Shown here one piece after another: positions 48,323 through 58,421 of a stretch of DNA of 64,000 nucleotides. The position numbers were made by a program, and so were the translations under genes. The DNA is from an uncultured virus (IMG/VR IMGVR_UViG_3300021197_001731) (taxonomy: Duplodnaviria > Heunggongvirae > Uroviricota > Caudoviricetes): IMG/VR virus record IMGVR_UViG_3300021197_001731; one strand, 5' to 3'. The notes under the pieces are model-generated. The model was not told the DNA's origin, ran no database searches, and saw only the letters and a program-made list of their open reading frames with translations. The first letter of the stretch is position 1. The number at the start of each line of letters is the position of its first letter.

Positions 48323-49768
48323 ATGGCTACTAGAAAAGCGAGAAAGGCACGTAGAGCGGAACGAAGAGCTGCTAGTCCCTCACCTCGTCCCTCACCTCGT
48401 CCCTCACCACGGAGTGCACCAAGTCCTGCACCCCGTCGTGCACGTGCGTCAAGTCCTTCACAACGGCCAGGGAAAGCTAAAGCGCAAACTCAGTTAAACA
48501 ATAGAGTTCAAAAAATTCGCAGTAAGGCAAGGGATGCCAGAAAAAGTGGTGATACTTCTCGCGAAAGTGGGTTAAGGGCAAGAATTGCTGGTAAGCAAGT
48601 AAGGCATGCAAAAAATCAACTCGCTACGGCTCAAGCTGCTGGTAATACCAGACGTGCAGGTCGTTTTGAAAATCGTGTTCAGAATTTAAAAACAAAGAGA
48701 AACGAAAGGCGTCAAAACTCGTTTAATTCACAACAGAATGTCAATAGTGCTGCAAATTTTGATTTTACAAAACATTCCGGCAAGCGAGTCGGAGTAAGAG
48801 AACTGGGACATCTAAGACGTGACAAAGGATTCTCAAAAGCTGATATTGCAGATGCTGCTAATAATAGTGGTCTAAAAATTGGTAAACGGGCACAAAAACG
48901 TCTTAATAAGTGGTCTTCCGCTAAAGATAGAGCTAATGGAACACCTACTGAACCAAACGTAAATGTTCCGGTTGCACCACAAATCACACAAACAATCACA
49001 CAACCAACTCCTACTCCTACACCAACTCCAACGCAACCAACTCCTAACCCAACGGTTACTCCTAATCCAACGGTTACTCCTAATCCAACGGTAATTAAAG
49101 ATCCAATAATAATTCCAGAACCGGGTCCTAACCCAACCATTGTTACTCCCCAACCAACCGTTCCACCCATTCAGCCAAATCCTTATGTAAATGATATTGA
49201 TGATAGTTTTAATAACTTTGATGATAGCTTCAACAATACCAATGATCAAGATGTTGACTACACACAAGATTTGAATATTAATCAAGACAATGACATCAAC
49301 AATGAGGTTACTGGTGACGGCAACTACATAAATAATCAGCAAGATAATTCCATTCGTAACTATGGTGGGGATCAGCGAGTCTTTAATTATCAAAGCAATG
49401 GTTATGGTAGCGGAGGTCAAGGACTAGATACTCCTGTTTCTGCAGCAACCATGGGTGGTTTTTATTCACCTAGTGATAGTCATGGTGCAAATGCTGCGCG
49501 TCTTGATCGTCGAATTACTATGGGAAATGATTATGCCAAGAACAATATGAATACAGGTCATATTGCTCAAGGTGCTATGCATATGGCAAGAAATAATCGA
49601 ACTATTGATCCAGCCAAGATGGATGCACGAATTCAAGGTCGCGCTCAAGCAAGTAAAGCTCAGGCTTACATGATGGGTAACTCCATCTATGGTGATCTTG
49701 CAGGTTTTAAACCTCAGTGGAATCAACCACAGTCCCCTAAGAAAACACAAATGCCTAATTTCGGTTAG
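48323..49768 (+). CDS. Protein with basic SP/R-rich N-terminus, PT linker and Asn-rich C-terminus
   Basis: (SPRP)n, (PT)n/(PNPTVT)n and NINQDNDINN. Confidence 0.65.
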   Translation: MATRKARKARRAERRAASPSPRPSPRPSPRSAPSPAPRRARASSPSQRPGKAKAQTQLNNRVQKIRSKARDARKSGDTSRESGLRARIAGKQVRHAKNQLATAQAAGNTRRAGRFENRVQNLKTKRNERRQNSFNSQQNVNSAANFDFTKHSGKRVGVRELGHLRRDKGFSKADIADAANNSGLKIGKRAQKRLNKWSSAKDRANGTPTEPNVNVPVAPQITQTITQPTPTPTPTPTQPTPNPTVTPNPTVTPNPTVIKDPIIIPEPGPNPTIVTPQPTVPPIQPNPYVNDIDDSFNNFDDSFNNTNDQDVDYTQDLNINQDNDINNEVTGDGNYINNQQDNSIRNYGGDQRVFNYQSNGYGSGGQGLDTPVSAATMGGFYSPSDSHGANAARLDRRITMGNDYAKNNMNTGHIAQGAMHMARNNRTIDPAKMDARIQGRAQASKAQAYMMGNSIYGDLAGFKPQWNQPQSPKKTQMPNFG

Positions 49769-49817
49769 TACATTAAATAATATTTAATCGATAGACTAAT
49801 AGAAAAGAGAAAGTAGT

Positions 49818-52100
49818 ATGAATCAATCAGGAGATAACGGATTCAATCAAATCCTCACCGCTGCTAAAGAGCGGCGTGGGGACTTGTCCGTTGACACAAT
49901 GATTGTCAGTTCTCATTTGTCACAGATGAGGATGTTCATGCTACGTCGTGGTATTGAATTTTATGCGGAACAAGATAGCTATGGCTATCGAAAGGAGTTT
50001 CTTGCCAAAGTCTGCGAGCAGAATATGCTCGATATGAAATTAGATAGTATTGTTGATTACTTCTTGTGTGATGGTCAAGGGTTGTTTTACTTCCGTCCAT
50101 CTGGAGACGATTATCAACTTCTTTATTTCCCGAAAGAAAACTATAGAGCCTATAGAGATCAAGAAGGAAATCTAAGTAGTGTCATATTGCGTTATACCTT
50201 TAACGTACAAGAGAATAAAGGCTTTGATAACAATCCAATGAGCAACCAGCGTGGTGGCAAAAAGAAATATATTAAGCTGCAGGTCTATAAAGATCGAATT
50301 GAGCAAACAATTTCTGATGAGAAGATTGAGTTTGAAAACTCATTAGGAGGACCACAAGTCTCATTGCCCGGTCAAGTTGAAACACTTACAAATAGCCTCG
50401 GCTTTATTCCAGCAGTTGAAATCTATAATTACATGGATTGCACTGGTGAAGCTGCTGGTAACGGTGAGTTTGAATGGTTGTCAAATCAAATCATGTACCA
50501 CAATGAGTTGGTACAGAACGTACGTAAGAACCTGAAGTTCTTTGGTAATCCGACACTGATTTCCAGTCGTCCCAAACAAGACATCATTGAAAGTGGTGAT
50601 GAAAATACCTTCCGTCCAACCATCAGTTCTCAGGCAGGATTTAGTGCGATTGGTCGTTCTAGTACACGTGTAAGCGAACCGTTTGGTGGTGCTTCCATGC
50701 TTGATGGTCAAATCAGAGTACCTAGAGTTATTGCCAACCTGGAGCCAACAGATCGTATTAGCTACCTTACTCCTGACAGTGTTAGTGGTGATCAAAACAT
50801 GTATGTCAAACAATACCGTCAAGAAATTCGTCTAGCACTTGGTGGTGTTGATGATCTTGATTTTCAAGCAGCTGGCACTGCATATGAAATCAAGACTCTT
50901 TATGGACGTGTTGCAGCAACAGCTGAAAAGAAAGCACGTGCAATGTTTACGTATGGTCTATGTCGCCTGTTTGCATTAATGATCTCCCACGAAGAACGTA
51001 TGTTCAACGAGAGTTTTAGCGTAGCGATTGGATTAGAAAAACCTGTTATTCCTCTTGTTGAAGATTATCCAAATCCAGAGGAATATGAAAAGCAGAATGA
51101 AAAATACAGAAAGAACTTCGCTAAGTATGAGCGCTTAAAGAATGAAGCGCTGAGCGCTATACTTGAGGGAGGCGAAATGCCCCCTGGTGTAACTGGACTT
51201 ATTCCAGATGGAAGCACACAAGTTGACTGGCGTTGGATGGGTGAAGTCTTTGAAGATAGCTCTGATGAGATCCTTCAAAACTCTATCGTTGTCCGAAACC
51301 TGCAAGAAGCAGGCGTTGGATCAATTGAAGCACTGAAGTACCTCTTCCCAAGTAAAACTGACGAAGAACGTTCAGCAATGCTAAGTGGATTTCCATTCAG
51401 AGTTGTTCAACAAACACAACAAAGTATTTCTCAATTCATTGGATTACTTGGCAATTTATATCAGTTGCCACATCCACAAACACCGGATAAGCCTTTGGCA
51501 TCCGACCCGAACCTAGATATCACTGGGTTCTTATACAGATCATTAGATTATTTACGTAAGGAGTTAAGTTACAGTGGAAAGTACAAACCAAGTAGCAACG
51601 ACACAGGCATCAGTAAGCTCTCCGATGCAGACATCCGCCGCTCCGGTCTCGGCAGGGCAGTACGCGACGAGCGCACCCCAGACATTCCAGGGCTCACCAA
51701 TGGGCCAGGCACCTCAGGCTCCGGTTTACCAGGCGCAGGCCCAGGTAGCGCAGGCTTCGGCACCGGCACAGGCCAGCAATCCATGGCAGGAGGCGTTTCA
51801 GGCACTGAGCGCAAGTTTGAATACAAGCAGCCCCTCCCAGGCCCAGGTTCCATCCTCGGCGTATCAAACACCGACGCCTCAGGCACTTATCCAGGCTCCG
51901 TTGGCTTCGGTTCCCCAAACCCAGCAGCAAGCCCAGTATTCGGATCACCGGACTTACAGTCCCCAAGCTTCAACCCAGGCTTATCAGCAGCAGGCTTACC
52001 AGCAGCAGCTGGCAGCACAGGAGGCGTACCAAGCGCAGCAAATGCAGGCTCCGCAGGTAAACGACGGGTATCTAAGTCAAATCAGCGACGAAAGTCTTGA
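49818..52100 (+). CDS. Portal protein (with long low-complexity C-terminal tail)
   Basis: Size, position between TerL and scaffold/MCP, and NSLGFIPAVEI and EIKTLYG segments. Confidence 0.72.
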   Translation: MNQSGDNGFNQILTAAKERRGDLSVDTMIVSSHLSQMRMFMLRRGIEFYAEQDSYGYRKEFLAKVCEQNMLDMKLDSIVDYFLCDGQGLFYFRPSGDDYQLLYFPKENYRAYRDQEGNLSSVILRYTFNVQENKGFDNNPMSNQRGGKKKYIKLQVYKDRIEQTISDEKIEFENSLGGPQVSLPGQVETLTNSLGFIPAVEIYNYMDCTGEAAGNGEFEWLSNQIMYHNELVQNVRKNLKFFGNPTLISSRPKQDIIESGDENTFRPTISSQAGFSAIGRSSTRVSEPFGGASMLDGQIRVPRVIANLEPTDRISYLTPDSVSGDQNMYVKQYRQEIRLALGGVDDLDFQAAGTAYEIKTLYGRVAATAEKKARAMFTYGLCRLFALMISHEERMFNESFSVAIGLEKPVIPLVEDYPNPEEYEKQNEKYRKNFAKYERLKNEALSAILEGGEMPPGVTGLIPDGSTQVDWRWMGEVFEDSSDEILQNSIVVRNLQEAGVGSIEALKYLFPSKTDEERSAMLSGFPFRVVQQTQQSISQFIGLLGNLYQLPHPQTPDKPLASDPNLDITGFLYRSLDYLRKELSYSGKYKPSSNDTGISKLSDADIRRSGLGRAVRDERTPDIPGLTNGPGTSGSGLPGAGPGSAGFGTGTGQQSMAGGVSGTERKFEYKQPLPGPGSILGVSNTDASGTYPGSVGFGSPNPAASPVFGSPDLQSPSFNPGLSAAGLPAAAGSTGGVPSAANAGSAGKRRVSKSNQRRKS

Positions 52101-52596
52101 AGTCCTTGAGCACTTTGGTGCTGAAGCTCCTTCCCTTCTGAACACCTATGCATGTGCCGTTGAGGATGCCCTCATCGAGCAAGTACAGCGTGGTCAGTCC
52201 CAGTCCCTCATGCTTGAAGCAGCTGGTGAAGAGCGTGCAGCAATGAACCTCATGCTGACCGACCCAGACGTTCTTGCTGATTACGTCAACGATTTCTACG
52301 GCCCTGAAGGTCCATATCCAACTGAGACTCCTCAAGAGGCATATGAGCGTCAGCAGTACGAAGCTTATGACCAGTTCGAAGCTGAAATCGAAGCACAAGA
52401 AATGGGTCAAGTACCACCCGCCTTCCAACGTTCCGTAATGGAAATGCCTACACCCGGTCGCCAGCAGAACCCTGCTAACGACTTCTGGGGTGGGTTTAGC
52501 GAAATGATGGATCAGAATCCTGAGAACGCATGGCAGTACCTCTCCCAGGCACAGCCCGGCATGCTCTCTACCAAGATGCTTGTTCAGGACACCTGA
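51574..52596 (+). CDS. Putative capsid scaffolding protein
   Basis: GTG start after AAGGAG; Q/A/P-rich N-terminus and acidic helical C-terminus. Confidence 0.62.
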   Translation: MESTNQVATTQASVSSPMQTSAAPVSAGQYATSAPQTFQGSPMGQAPQAPVYQAQAQVAQASAPAQASNPWQEAFQALSASLNTSSPSQAQVPSSAYQTPTPQALIQAPLASVPQTQQQAQYSDHRTYSPQASTQAYQQQAYQQQLAAQEAYQAQQMQAPQVNDGYLSQISDESLEVLEHFGAEAPSLLNTYACAVEDALIEQVQRGQSQSLMLEAAGEERAAMNLMLTDPDVLADYVNDFYGPEGPYPTETPQEAYERQQYEAYDQFEAEIEAQEMGQVPPAFQRSVMEMPTPGRQQNPANDFWGGFSEMMDQNPENAWQYLSQAQPGMLSTKMLVQDT

Positions 52597-52660
52597 TAAG
52601 TAACATGAGGGGATACTTAGATGTATCCCCTACAATATAAGTATTAGTTAGTAATTGAAA

Positions 52661-53149
52661 ATGCAAAGAATTTCTCCTTTTACTATTGCAGAAGAAATGC
52701 TGCAAAATGCATCAGCTCAGCGTAATCAAGGTGGAATGACGCGTACGTCAGCACCACTTGGTCCGCAAGCGATGGCTGCACCTAGCCCATACACAGATGT
52801 ACGTGCTGCTGACGACGCACAGGCGTATAACAACTCCAGAATGATGGAGCAGAACATCAATCAAAATACTTTTACTGCAATGCAGCAGGCAGGGGTTGAT
52901 GCAAAGCGTGGTATCCAGAAGGAACAGCTTGCACTAGATAATCAAGAATATAAAGCCAATGCATTACTTACACAGCGCACAGGTGAAGTCCTAAGCATGA
53001 TGAATTCTCCAGCCACGCTGGCTATGGGCAATATGTCACCACTACAAATGAATGCATTCCGTGCTGATATTGCAACCGGCAAAGCAATGGCAATGGGCGT
53101 CAATCCAGATTTAGTTATGAATCAAGTCAACGAACAACGTTACGGTTAA
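52661..53149 (+). CDS. Hypothetical protein
   Basis: M/Q/N-rich ORF. Confidence 0.6.
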   Translation: MQRISPFTIAEEMLQNASAQRNQGGMTRTSAPLGPQAMAAPSPYTDVRAADDAQAYNNSRMMEQNINQNTFTAMQQAGVDAKRGIQKEQLALDNQEYKANALLTQRTGEVLSMMNSPATLAMGNMSPLQMNAFRADIATGKAMAMGVNPDLVMNQVNEQRYG

Positions 53150-53186
53150 TTTATTACAATAAAGAGAGTTCTTGTAGATAGTTATT

Positions 53187-53477
53187 GTGCGTTTAGCAGG
53201 ACAAGAAACACAACACGATCCTGAGGTATTCCAAACAATTTGGAAACATCTCAAAACTGATGGTGTGCCAGATCAAGCCGCCAACCAAATGACAGCTGAG
53301 ATGCTCACTCATGGTGAAGACTTTGAAAGTAGTATAGAAAAGTATCAGCAGTACGAAGATAACTATCGCTCTAAAGGATTTAACGAACATGCTGCACAAG
53401 CTATGGCAGTCGAAGCATTAGAAGGAAGGGAAGAAGCGCCGAGGGAAAGTATTAGATTTGCTCGCACTCATGCTTGA
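53187..53477 (+). CDS. Hypothetical protein with duplicated G....AA.QM/AM.A/VE helices
   Basis: 96 aa; starts MRLAG. Confidence 0.6.
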   Translation: MRLAGQETQHDPEVFQTIWKHLKTDGVPDQAANQMTAEMLTHGEDFESSIEKYQQYEDNYRSKGFNEHAAQAMAVEALEGREEAPRESIRFARTHA

Positions 53478-53525
53478 CTAAATATAAAATAGGGACTACA
53501 TTTAATATATAGACAAGAGAATAAT

Positions 53526-54464
53526 ATGTCAGCAAAAATTTCAGGTGATTCCGTACGCTCGTATCTGCGTGACATCGGACGAATCCCACTACTTGAGCAT
53601 GACGAAGAAATCTTACTTGGTCGTCAAGTACAGCGAATGATGGAAATCAAAGCATGTGAGGATCTACTTCATAATCCATCTCAAGAGGACCTAGCTGCAT
53701 CACTTGAGATCACAACAAAAGAACTTAAACGTGAGATGCGTGCTGGTAAAAAAGCCAAAGACAAAATGGTTACAGCAAACTTACGATTAGTTGTGTCAGT
53801 AGCTAAGAAATATACAAAACGGAATATGGAATTGCTTGATATTATTCAAGAAGGAACAATTGGGTTGGTACGAGGTGTTGAAAAGTTTGATCCTGGTCGT
53901 GGCTACAAGTTCAGTACTTATGCATATTGGTGGATTAGACAAGGCATTACTCGGGCGATTGCAGAGAAATCACGTGCAATACGCTTGCCGATCCACGTCA
54001 CTGAGAATCTCAACAAGCTTAAGAAAGCCCAGCGTGAATTAAGTCAACTAAATGGTGAACTACCCAATGTCTTTCAATTAGCTGAACACTTAGAACTTAC
54101 AGTTGATGAGATTAAGGATTTGATGTGTAAGGCAAGACAACCAACTTCACTTGAAATCAAGATTGGCGAGAACCGAGATACAGCATTGATTGACTTACTA
54201 GAAGACGAAAGCCAGCTGCCTGACATGTTGATTGAACGTCAGTTCATTAAAGAAGATATTAGAGAATTAATTAGAGAACTGCCTGAAATGCAAGCTGCTG
54301 TAATCTCTATGCGTTACGGAATAGGTGAAGAAATCTTAGAACCAATGTCTATGACTGCTATTGGCCAAGTCCTTAATATGAGCCGTGATCGTGTACGTAC
54401 TTTGGAACAGAAAGCAGTAAGAGGGCTTAGAGAGAATAATGAGCAAATTAGTAATTATCTCTAA
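53526..54464 (+). CDS. RNA polymerase sigma factor, cyanobacterial RpoD-like (group 2 type)
   Basis: DSVRSYLRDIGRIPLL, ANLRLVVSVAKKY, GYKFSTYAYWWIRQGITRA and the region 4 HTH SRDRVRTLE. Confidence 0.95.
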   Translation: MSAKISGDSVRSYLRDIGRIPLLEHDEEILLGRQVQRMMEIKACEDLLHNPSQEDLAASLEITTKELKREMRAGKKAKDKMVTANLRLVVSVAKKYTKRNMELLDIIQEGTIGLVRGVEKFDPGRGYKFSTYAYWWIRQGITRAIAEKSRAIRLPIHVTENLNKLKKAQRELSQLNGELPNVFQLAEHLELTVDEIKDLMCKARQPTSLEIKIGENRDTALIDLLEDESQLPDMLIERQFIKEDIRELIRELPEMQAAVISMRYGIGEEILEPMSMTAIGQVLNMSRDRVRTLEQKAVRGLRENNEQISNYL

Positions 54465-54497
54465 TTACAATAAGAGTAGGTATCAAGACCACATGCG

Positions 54498-55181
54498 ATG
54501 AATGTTACACAACAGATAATTAATACTGAGCAAGGCTATGGTGGTTCTCCCAAAGCAAATCCTGAGTATTATTCAACAAATAAAACCCTTGACTATGCAA
54601 AGGGCTCTAACAGTTTAATAAACGCACGTTCTGAGATAATTACTTCTGTCCCTACAACCTTTGCCTACAAGGACTCAGTTGGCTTGTTTGGTGCAGAGAA
54701 TGTATTCATTAAAGTAGATTTAGATATACAAAGCGGCAAAGGTTTCTATCAAAACGTCCCGTCACTTCTTGACAACGGATATTACAGTATTTATGTAGAC
54801 ACAACTGACCCTGATATTGATTTCTATTATGACCCTGCAGAGATGGATTTTGCTCGCGAGTTCTTTCCTGAAAATAGTTTTGAACCTACAACATTAAATG
54901 ATAACCTTGATAACATCAGGCATCCGGTAGTAAGTGTATCTGTAAATAATTTAAAGACTGGAAACAAGTTTGTCGATGCTTGGTTTGATGTTCGGTTGTA
55001 CACCAAAGATCGTATTGAGCATCCATACGACACCTTATATATTGATCCGAAAAGCTATTTCTATATTGGTTTTCATGCCAGAAATACAAGACGACTGCCG
55101 TACAACGTGAGCATGACAGTCGGTGATTCGTATATTGCAGAACAAGATTTAACTAGTGAGCAGCGGCGCTACCTCGTCTAG
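54498..55181 (+). CDS. Hypothetical (putative structural) protein
   Basis: 227-aa beta-rich ORF. Confidence 0.6.
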   Translation: MNVTQQIINTEQGYGGSPKANPEYYSTNKTLDYAKGSNSLINARSEIITSVPTTFAYKDSVGLFGAENVFIKVDLDIQSGKGFYQNVPSLLDNGYYSIYVDTTDPDIDFYYDPAEMDFAREFFPENSFEPTTLNDNLDNIRHPVVSVSVNNLKTGNKFVDAWFDVRLYTKDRIEHPYDTLYIDPKSYFYIGFHARNTRRLPYNVSMTVGDSYIAEQDLTSEQRRYLV

Positions 55182-55636
55182 CTTTCCTCTTCGTCTGTTT
55201 CTTCAACAACCTCAGGCTCAGGCTCAGGCTCAGGTGCGGGAGGAGTAGGCAAGGGGCTGATAGTGCGTTTTAGTACACTGCCACCAGAAATTTTGGAGAA
55301 CTGATATTCAACCAAAAGATCATTGCTACCTTCACCAAATACAGCTACGCGATCAATAGCCCCCTTACTTTTTTGCGGGAAAGAGAAATTGCCATAGCCA
55401 TCATGACGAATTTCCATCGTGACTGGACCAATGTATGGAACAACCAAACGTACAGATTCACCGTTGTCCAAAGCTACATTAAAGATCGCTGCTTCGATAT
55501 ATTGAATGGTTCCTTTTTTATTCCACCAACGTGGGAAGCGATGTACTGATCCACGATTGGGCAGGACTAGCTGCATCTCTGTACCAGTGTGATCGACAAC
55601 GTCAGTGCCACCCTTGTAAACAAGTTTATCGGCCAT
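55178..55636 (-). CDS. Hypothetical protein with PE-repeat tail
   Basis: 152-aa ORF. Confidence 0.6.
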   Translation of the reverse strand: MADKLVYKGGTDVVDHTGTEMQLVLPNRGSVHRFPRWWNKKGTIQYIEAAIFNVALDNGESVRLVVPYIGPVTMEIRHDGYGNFSFPQKSKGAIDRVAVFGEGSNDLLVEYQFSKISGGSVLKRTISPLPTPPAPEPEPEPEVVEETDEEES

Positions 55637-55645
55637 TAGTTTTAC

Positions 55646-56032
55646 TTAAATACCTTCTTCTATTTTAGTCATCTTTTCATCGGCACGTTTTGACCATTGA
55701 AGATTATCTGCTCGACAATCTTTTTTGTCACTATTAATATGTTTCACAACACTACACCCCTTTAGTCGTCCGTATGGAGTTGGTGGTAAACCAAGAAATG
55801 CAAATGCTACAAGTGTGTGTACAGGAATAGTAATTAATTTCCTGCGCCCAATCCTTTGAGTCAAGTTAACAACCGGATACCCACCCTTACTAATCTTCTG
55901 TTTAAGGATCCTTTCAATCCTTCCTTTTGTACTTTTAATAAGACCTTTCTGGTTTACATAGTACTCAATGCAGCATTCAAAACCAGGCAATGTATGTACT
56001 GGTACCCATTCATTATTGTCTATAAAATCCAT
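55646..56032 (-). CDS. NUMOD4-HNH homing endonuclease-like protein
   Basis: EWVPV...YYVN..G.IKS...GYPVVNL...VHTLVAFAF...VKHINSDKKDCRADNLQW. Confidence 0.78.
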   Translation of the reverse strand: MDFIDNNEWVPVHTLPGFECCIEYYVNQKGLIKSTKGRIERILKQKISKGGYPVVNLTQRIGRRKLITIPVHTLVAFAFLGLPPTPYGRLKGCSVVKHINSDKKDCRADNLQWSKRADEKMTKIEEGI

Positions 56033-56146
56033 ATAACCAAGTATTCTGGGGTATCTAAATATTATTATAGCGGTATTTATTAACATCAGTATATGTGACT
56101 AGTCGAAGTCACTTATAAACCTTTTAGCTTACGGAGTTAGAAATCC

Positions 56147-57295
56147 ATGTGGATTGATAATGACTTTCCTAAGCTCCTTGGTGCAGAGCTTTACCGCCCT
56201 CACCCTGCCTACATCATTGAGATGGCAGTTGAGCCGGTAGTTGTCCACGATTTCTCAAAGCAGCCTGGTCAGACCGTGCAGCTTGATCGTTATCGTTTCT
56301 GGGGCAAGCCTGGCACCAAGGAGTCCCGTGAGCGGACAGCCGATCAAACCCTCGGCACCGCTTCAGCTCGCAACATCGTCAAGGACAAGGTCCTTGTGAC
56401 TCTGCGTGAGTACACCGGCCCTGCCGATACCCGCGACACAGCACAGCCTTCTACCTTCAAAGTTGCTCGCGAAACCCTGATCACCGCTCAGCGTTTGCTG
56501 CTTGATACCGGCAACCTGAACGTGTTCCACCAGTCGATCGGTAGCTTGACGCTGCTTGACGACTATCGCCGTTGGCGCGACCGCGTCTTTGCTAACGAAC
56601 TGCTGAAAGCAGAAGCAAATGGCAAAGCTGATAAAGAGCAAGGTGGCTACTACCTTCCTGGCGACAAAGTCAAAGGCGCAACTGGCGGCACCTTGGGTGT
56701 TACCTATGCGACTGGCGAGTCTGCCAAGTTCGATGTAACTACTGACCTTCTCGAAGTTGTTAAGGACATGCGTAAGCGCAACGTCCCCACCTTCGCTGAT
56801 GGTTACTACCGCTGCATCGTGGACCCCACTGCAATGATGCACCTGCGTCAGAACAGCGACTTCCGCGAAATCGCACGTTATCCAGGCACTGGCATGGTCA
56901 ACCCCATGTCACCCAACCAGGCACCCAACGCAAACTTCTACCAAGGAATGGGTCCTGCTTACGGCCAAGCTGGCTTTGTTGCTGGTCAACCCGTAATGCC
57001 TACTGGCTTCCTCTTTGAGGGTGTCCGTTGGTTCGAGTCCACCAACCTGCCCGAAACGTCTTACAACCTGATTGTGACCGACGCTGCTGCTGGTGCTGCT
57101 GATTACACAGCTTCCCAGTTGATCTTCTTCGGCCCTCAAGCTGTGGGTGTGGGTATTGGTGGTAACAATGCACAGATTCTGTTGAACAACAACGACGACT
57201 TCAGTCGTTTCATCATCATGATCTGGAGCTTGTTCGCCGGTTTTGAAGTACTTAATAAGGACTTCATCACGGTTGGTTACTCTTTCGTATATTGA
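56147..57295 (+). CDS. Major capsid protein
   Basis: 382 aa with strong codon bias; QPGQTVQL, VTLREY and FEGVRWFES fit an HK97-fold MCP. Followed by one gene and a terminator. Confidence 0.85.
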   Translation: MWIDNDFPKLLGAELYRPHPAYIIEMAVEPVVVHDFSKQPGQTVQLDRYRFWGKPGTKESRERTADQTLGTASARNIVKDKVLVTLREYTGPADTRDTAQPSTFKVARETLITAQRLLLDTGNLNVFHQSIGSLTLLDDYRRWRDRVFANELLKAEANGKADKEQGGYYLPGDKVKGATGGTLGVTYATGESAKFDVTTDLLEVVKDMRKRNVPTFADGYYRCIVDPTAMMHLRQNSDFREIARYPGTGMVNPMSPNQAPNANFYQGMGPAYGQAGFVAGQPVMPTGFLFEGVRWFESTNLPETSYNLIVTDAAAGAADYTASQLIFFGPQAVGVGIGGNNAQILLNNNDDFSRFIIMIWSLFAGFEVLNKDFITVGYSFVY

Positions 57296-57311
57296 TAGGA
57301 GCTAACTAACT

Positions 57312-57881
57312 ATGTCCGTAATTTTTCCCGGTAATTATGTCGCACACTTGAACGCATATCGCGATCAAGGTGTGTTCGCACTCCCAGGCGTTGAGTTCTA
57401 TCAGGTCGTCGGTGCTGCAATTGTTGATGCCAACATTTCAAGCTCCGGTACCCTCACGCCTCAAGTTCAGTCACCTGACCTCCGTCAGGATGACAAGCCA
57501 CGCTTGAACAAGTCAGTGACTGTTCCTGCTGGTGCTGTTGTATATCGCACGGCTATTAACACCGTCAACCTGTCCTCTACAGGCACCTCTACGGTGGCTG
57601 TTGATGGTTTGACAACCGCTGGCCTGGAAGCATCCTTGGCCGCTGCTGGTGGTGTTTATCCTGCCGCTGGTGGCAAGACAACTTTCGATGGTTTCGCAAC
57701 GACTTCTAGTGAGTCTTCTGCTGCCACGATCACTATCGCTCACTCAGGTGCTTTGAACCTGGTTGATACTGATAGCTGCGCCGCTGTGATTGTTGAAGTC
57801 TGCTACTTCTTGTCTGCAGACGGCCCTGATTCAGACGACCTTTCCCTCCCTTATAAGACGGAAGCTGGACAAGGTTATTGA
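57312..57881 (+). CDS. Putative capsid decoration/minor capsid protein
   Basis: Directly after MCP, with the same codon bias. Confidence 0.6.
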   Translation: MSVIFPGNYVAHLNAYRDQGVFALPGVEFYQVVGAAIVDANISSSGTLTPQVQSPDLRQDDKPRLNKSVTVPAGAVVYRTAINTVNLSSTGTSTVAVDGLTTAGLEASLAAAGGVYPAAGGKTTFDGFATTSSESSAATITIAHSGALNLVDTDSCAAVIVEVCYFLSADGPDSDDLSLPYKTEAGQGY

Positions 57882-57900
57882 TAACTTAGTCCGACATTAT

Positions 57901-57927
57901 AAGCGTCTCTTAGGAGGCGCTTTTTTT
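57901..57927 (+). terminator. Rho-independent terminator
   Basis: AAGCGTCTC-TTAG-GAGGCGC followed by a T-tract. Confidence 0.85.
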
Positions 57928-57961
57928 GTGTCTATAATAATGGGGTACGGTATAAATAGTA

Positions 57962-58393
57962 ATGAGTAATCTTTTTCAGGATCAAAAAACAGGCAAGCTT
58001 GTTGAGTTTATTAATAAGCACGATAAGGAATATGCAATGGTCAGAGACGCTGGAGGAAATATTGCTTATGTATGTCTTGATTCATTAGTTCCCTATGACA
58101 AAGACAAAGGACGTCTGACCAAAGTGGCTGCTCCTCAGATTCAACCTGAGCCCGAAGAAGAGCTACCAGTGCCCGTCGTACCTATTGAAGATACACGCCT
58201 AAATCTAAACATGGCACCAGCAGAGCAGATTGCAAAAAGACTGCCTGGTGTTGGCTATGCCACAGCAAAACGGATTGTTGAACTGCGGATGTCATTGAGT
58301 GGTGAGCGCTTTAATAACCTCAAACAGTTGGAAAATATTCCCCGCGTCAACTGGGATCAACTTATTGAAGAAGACCTAATCTTTATTAGTTAA
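57962..58393 (+). CDS. Helix-hairpin-helix (ComEA-like) DNA-binding protein
   Basis: LNLNMAPAEQI...LPGVGYATAKRIVELR...FNNLKQL. Confidence 0.8.
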   Translation: MSNLFQDQKTGKLVEFINKHDKEYAMVRDAGGNIAYVCLDSLVPYDKDKGRLTKVAAPQIQPEPEEELPVPVVPIEDTRLNLNMAPAEQIAKRLPGVGYATAKRIVELRMSLSGERFNNLKQLENIPRVNWDQLIEEDLIFIS

Positions 58394-58421
58394 ACTAGGG
58401 TTAGTGTTATTGAGAAGATAA

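Noticed and set aside
48712..49420. Antisense ORFs (for example 48712-49170, 48872-49420, 56363-56842, 63435-63755)
   Set aside because: Shadows of low-complexity or codon-biased genes on the opposite strand, with no motifs.
57962..58393. HhH protein as photosystem II PsbU
   Set aside because: No thylakoid signal peptide and located in the head module; a generic ComEA-like HhH fits better.
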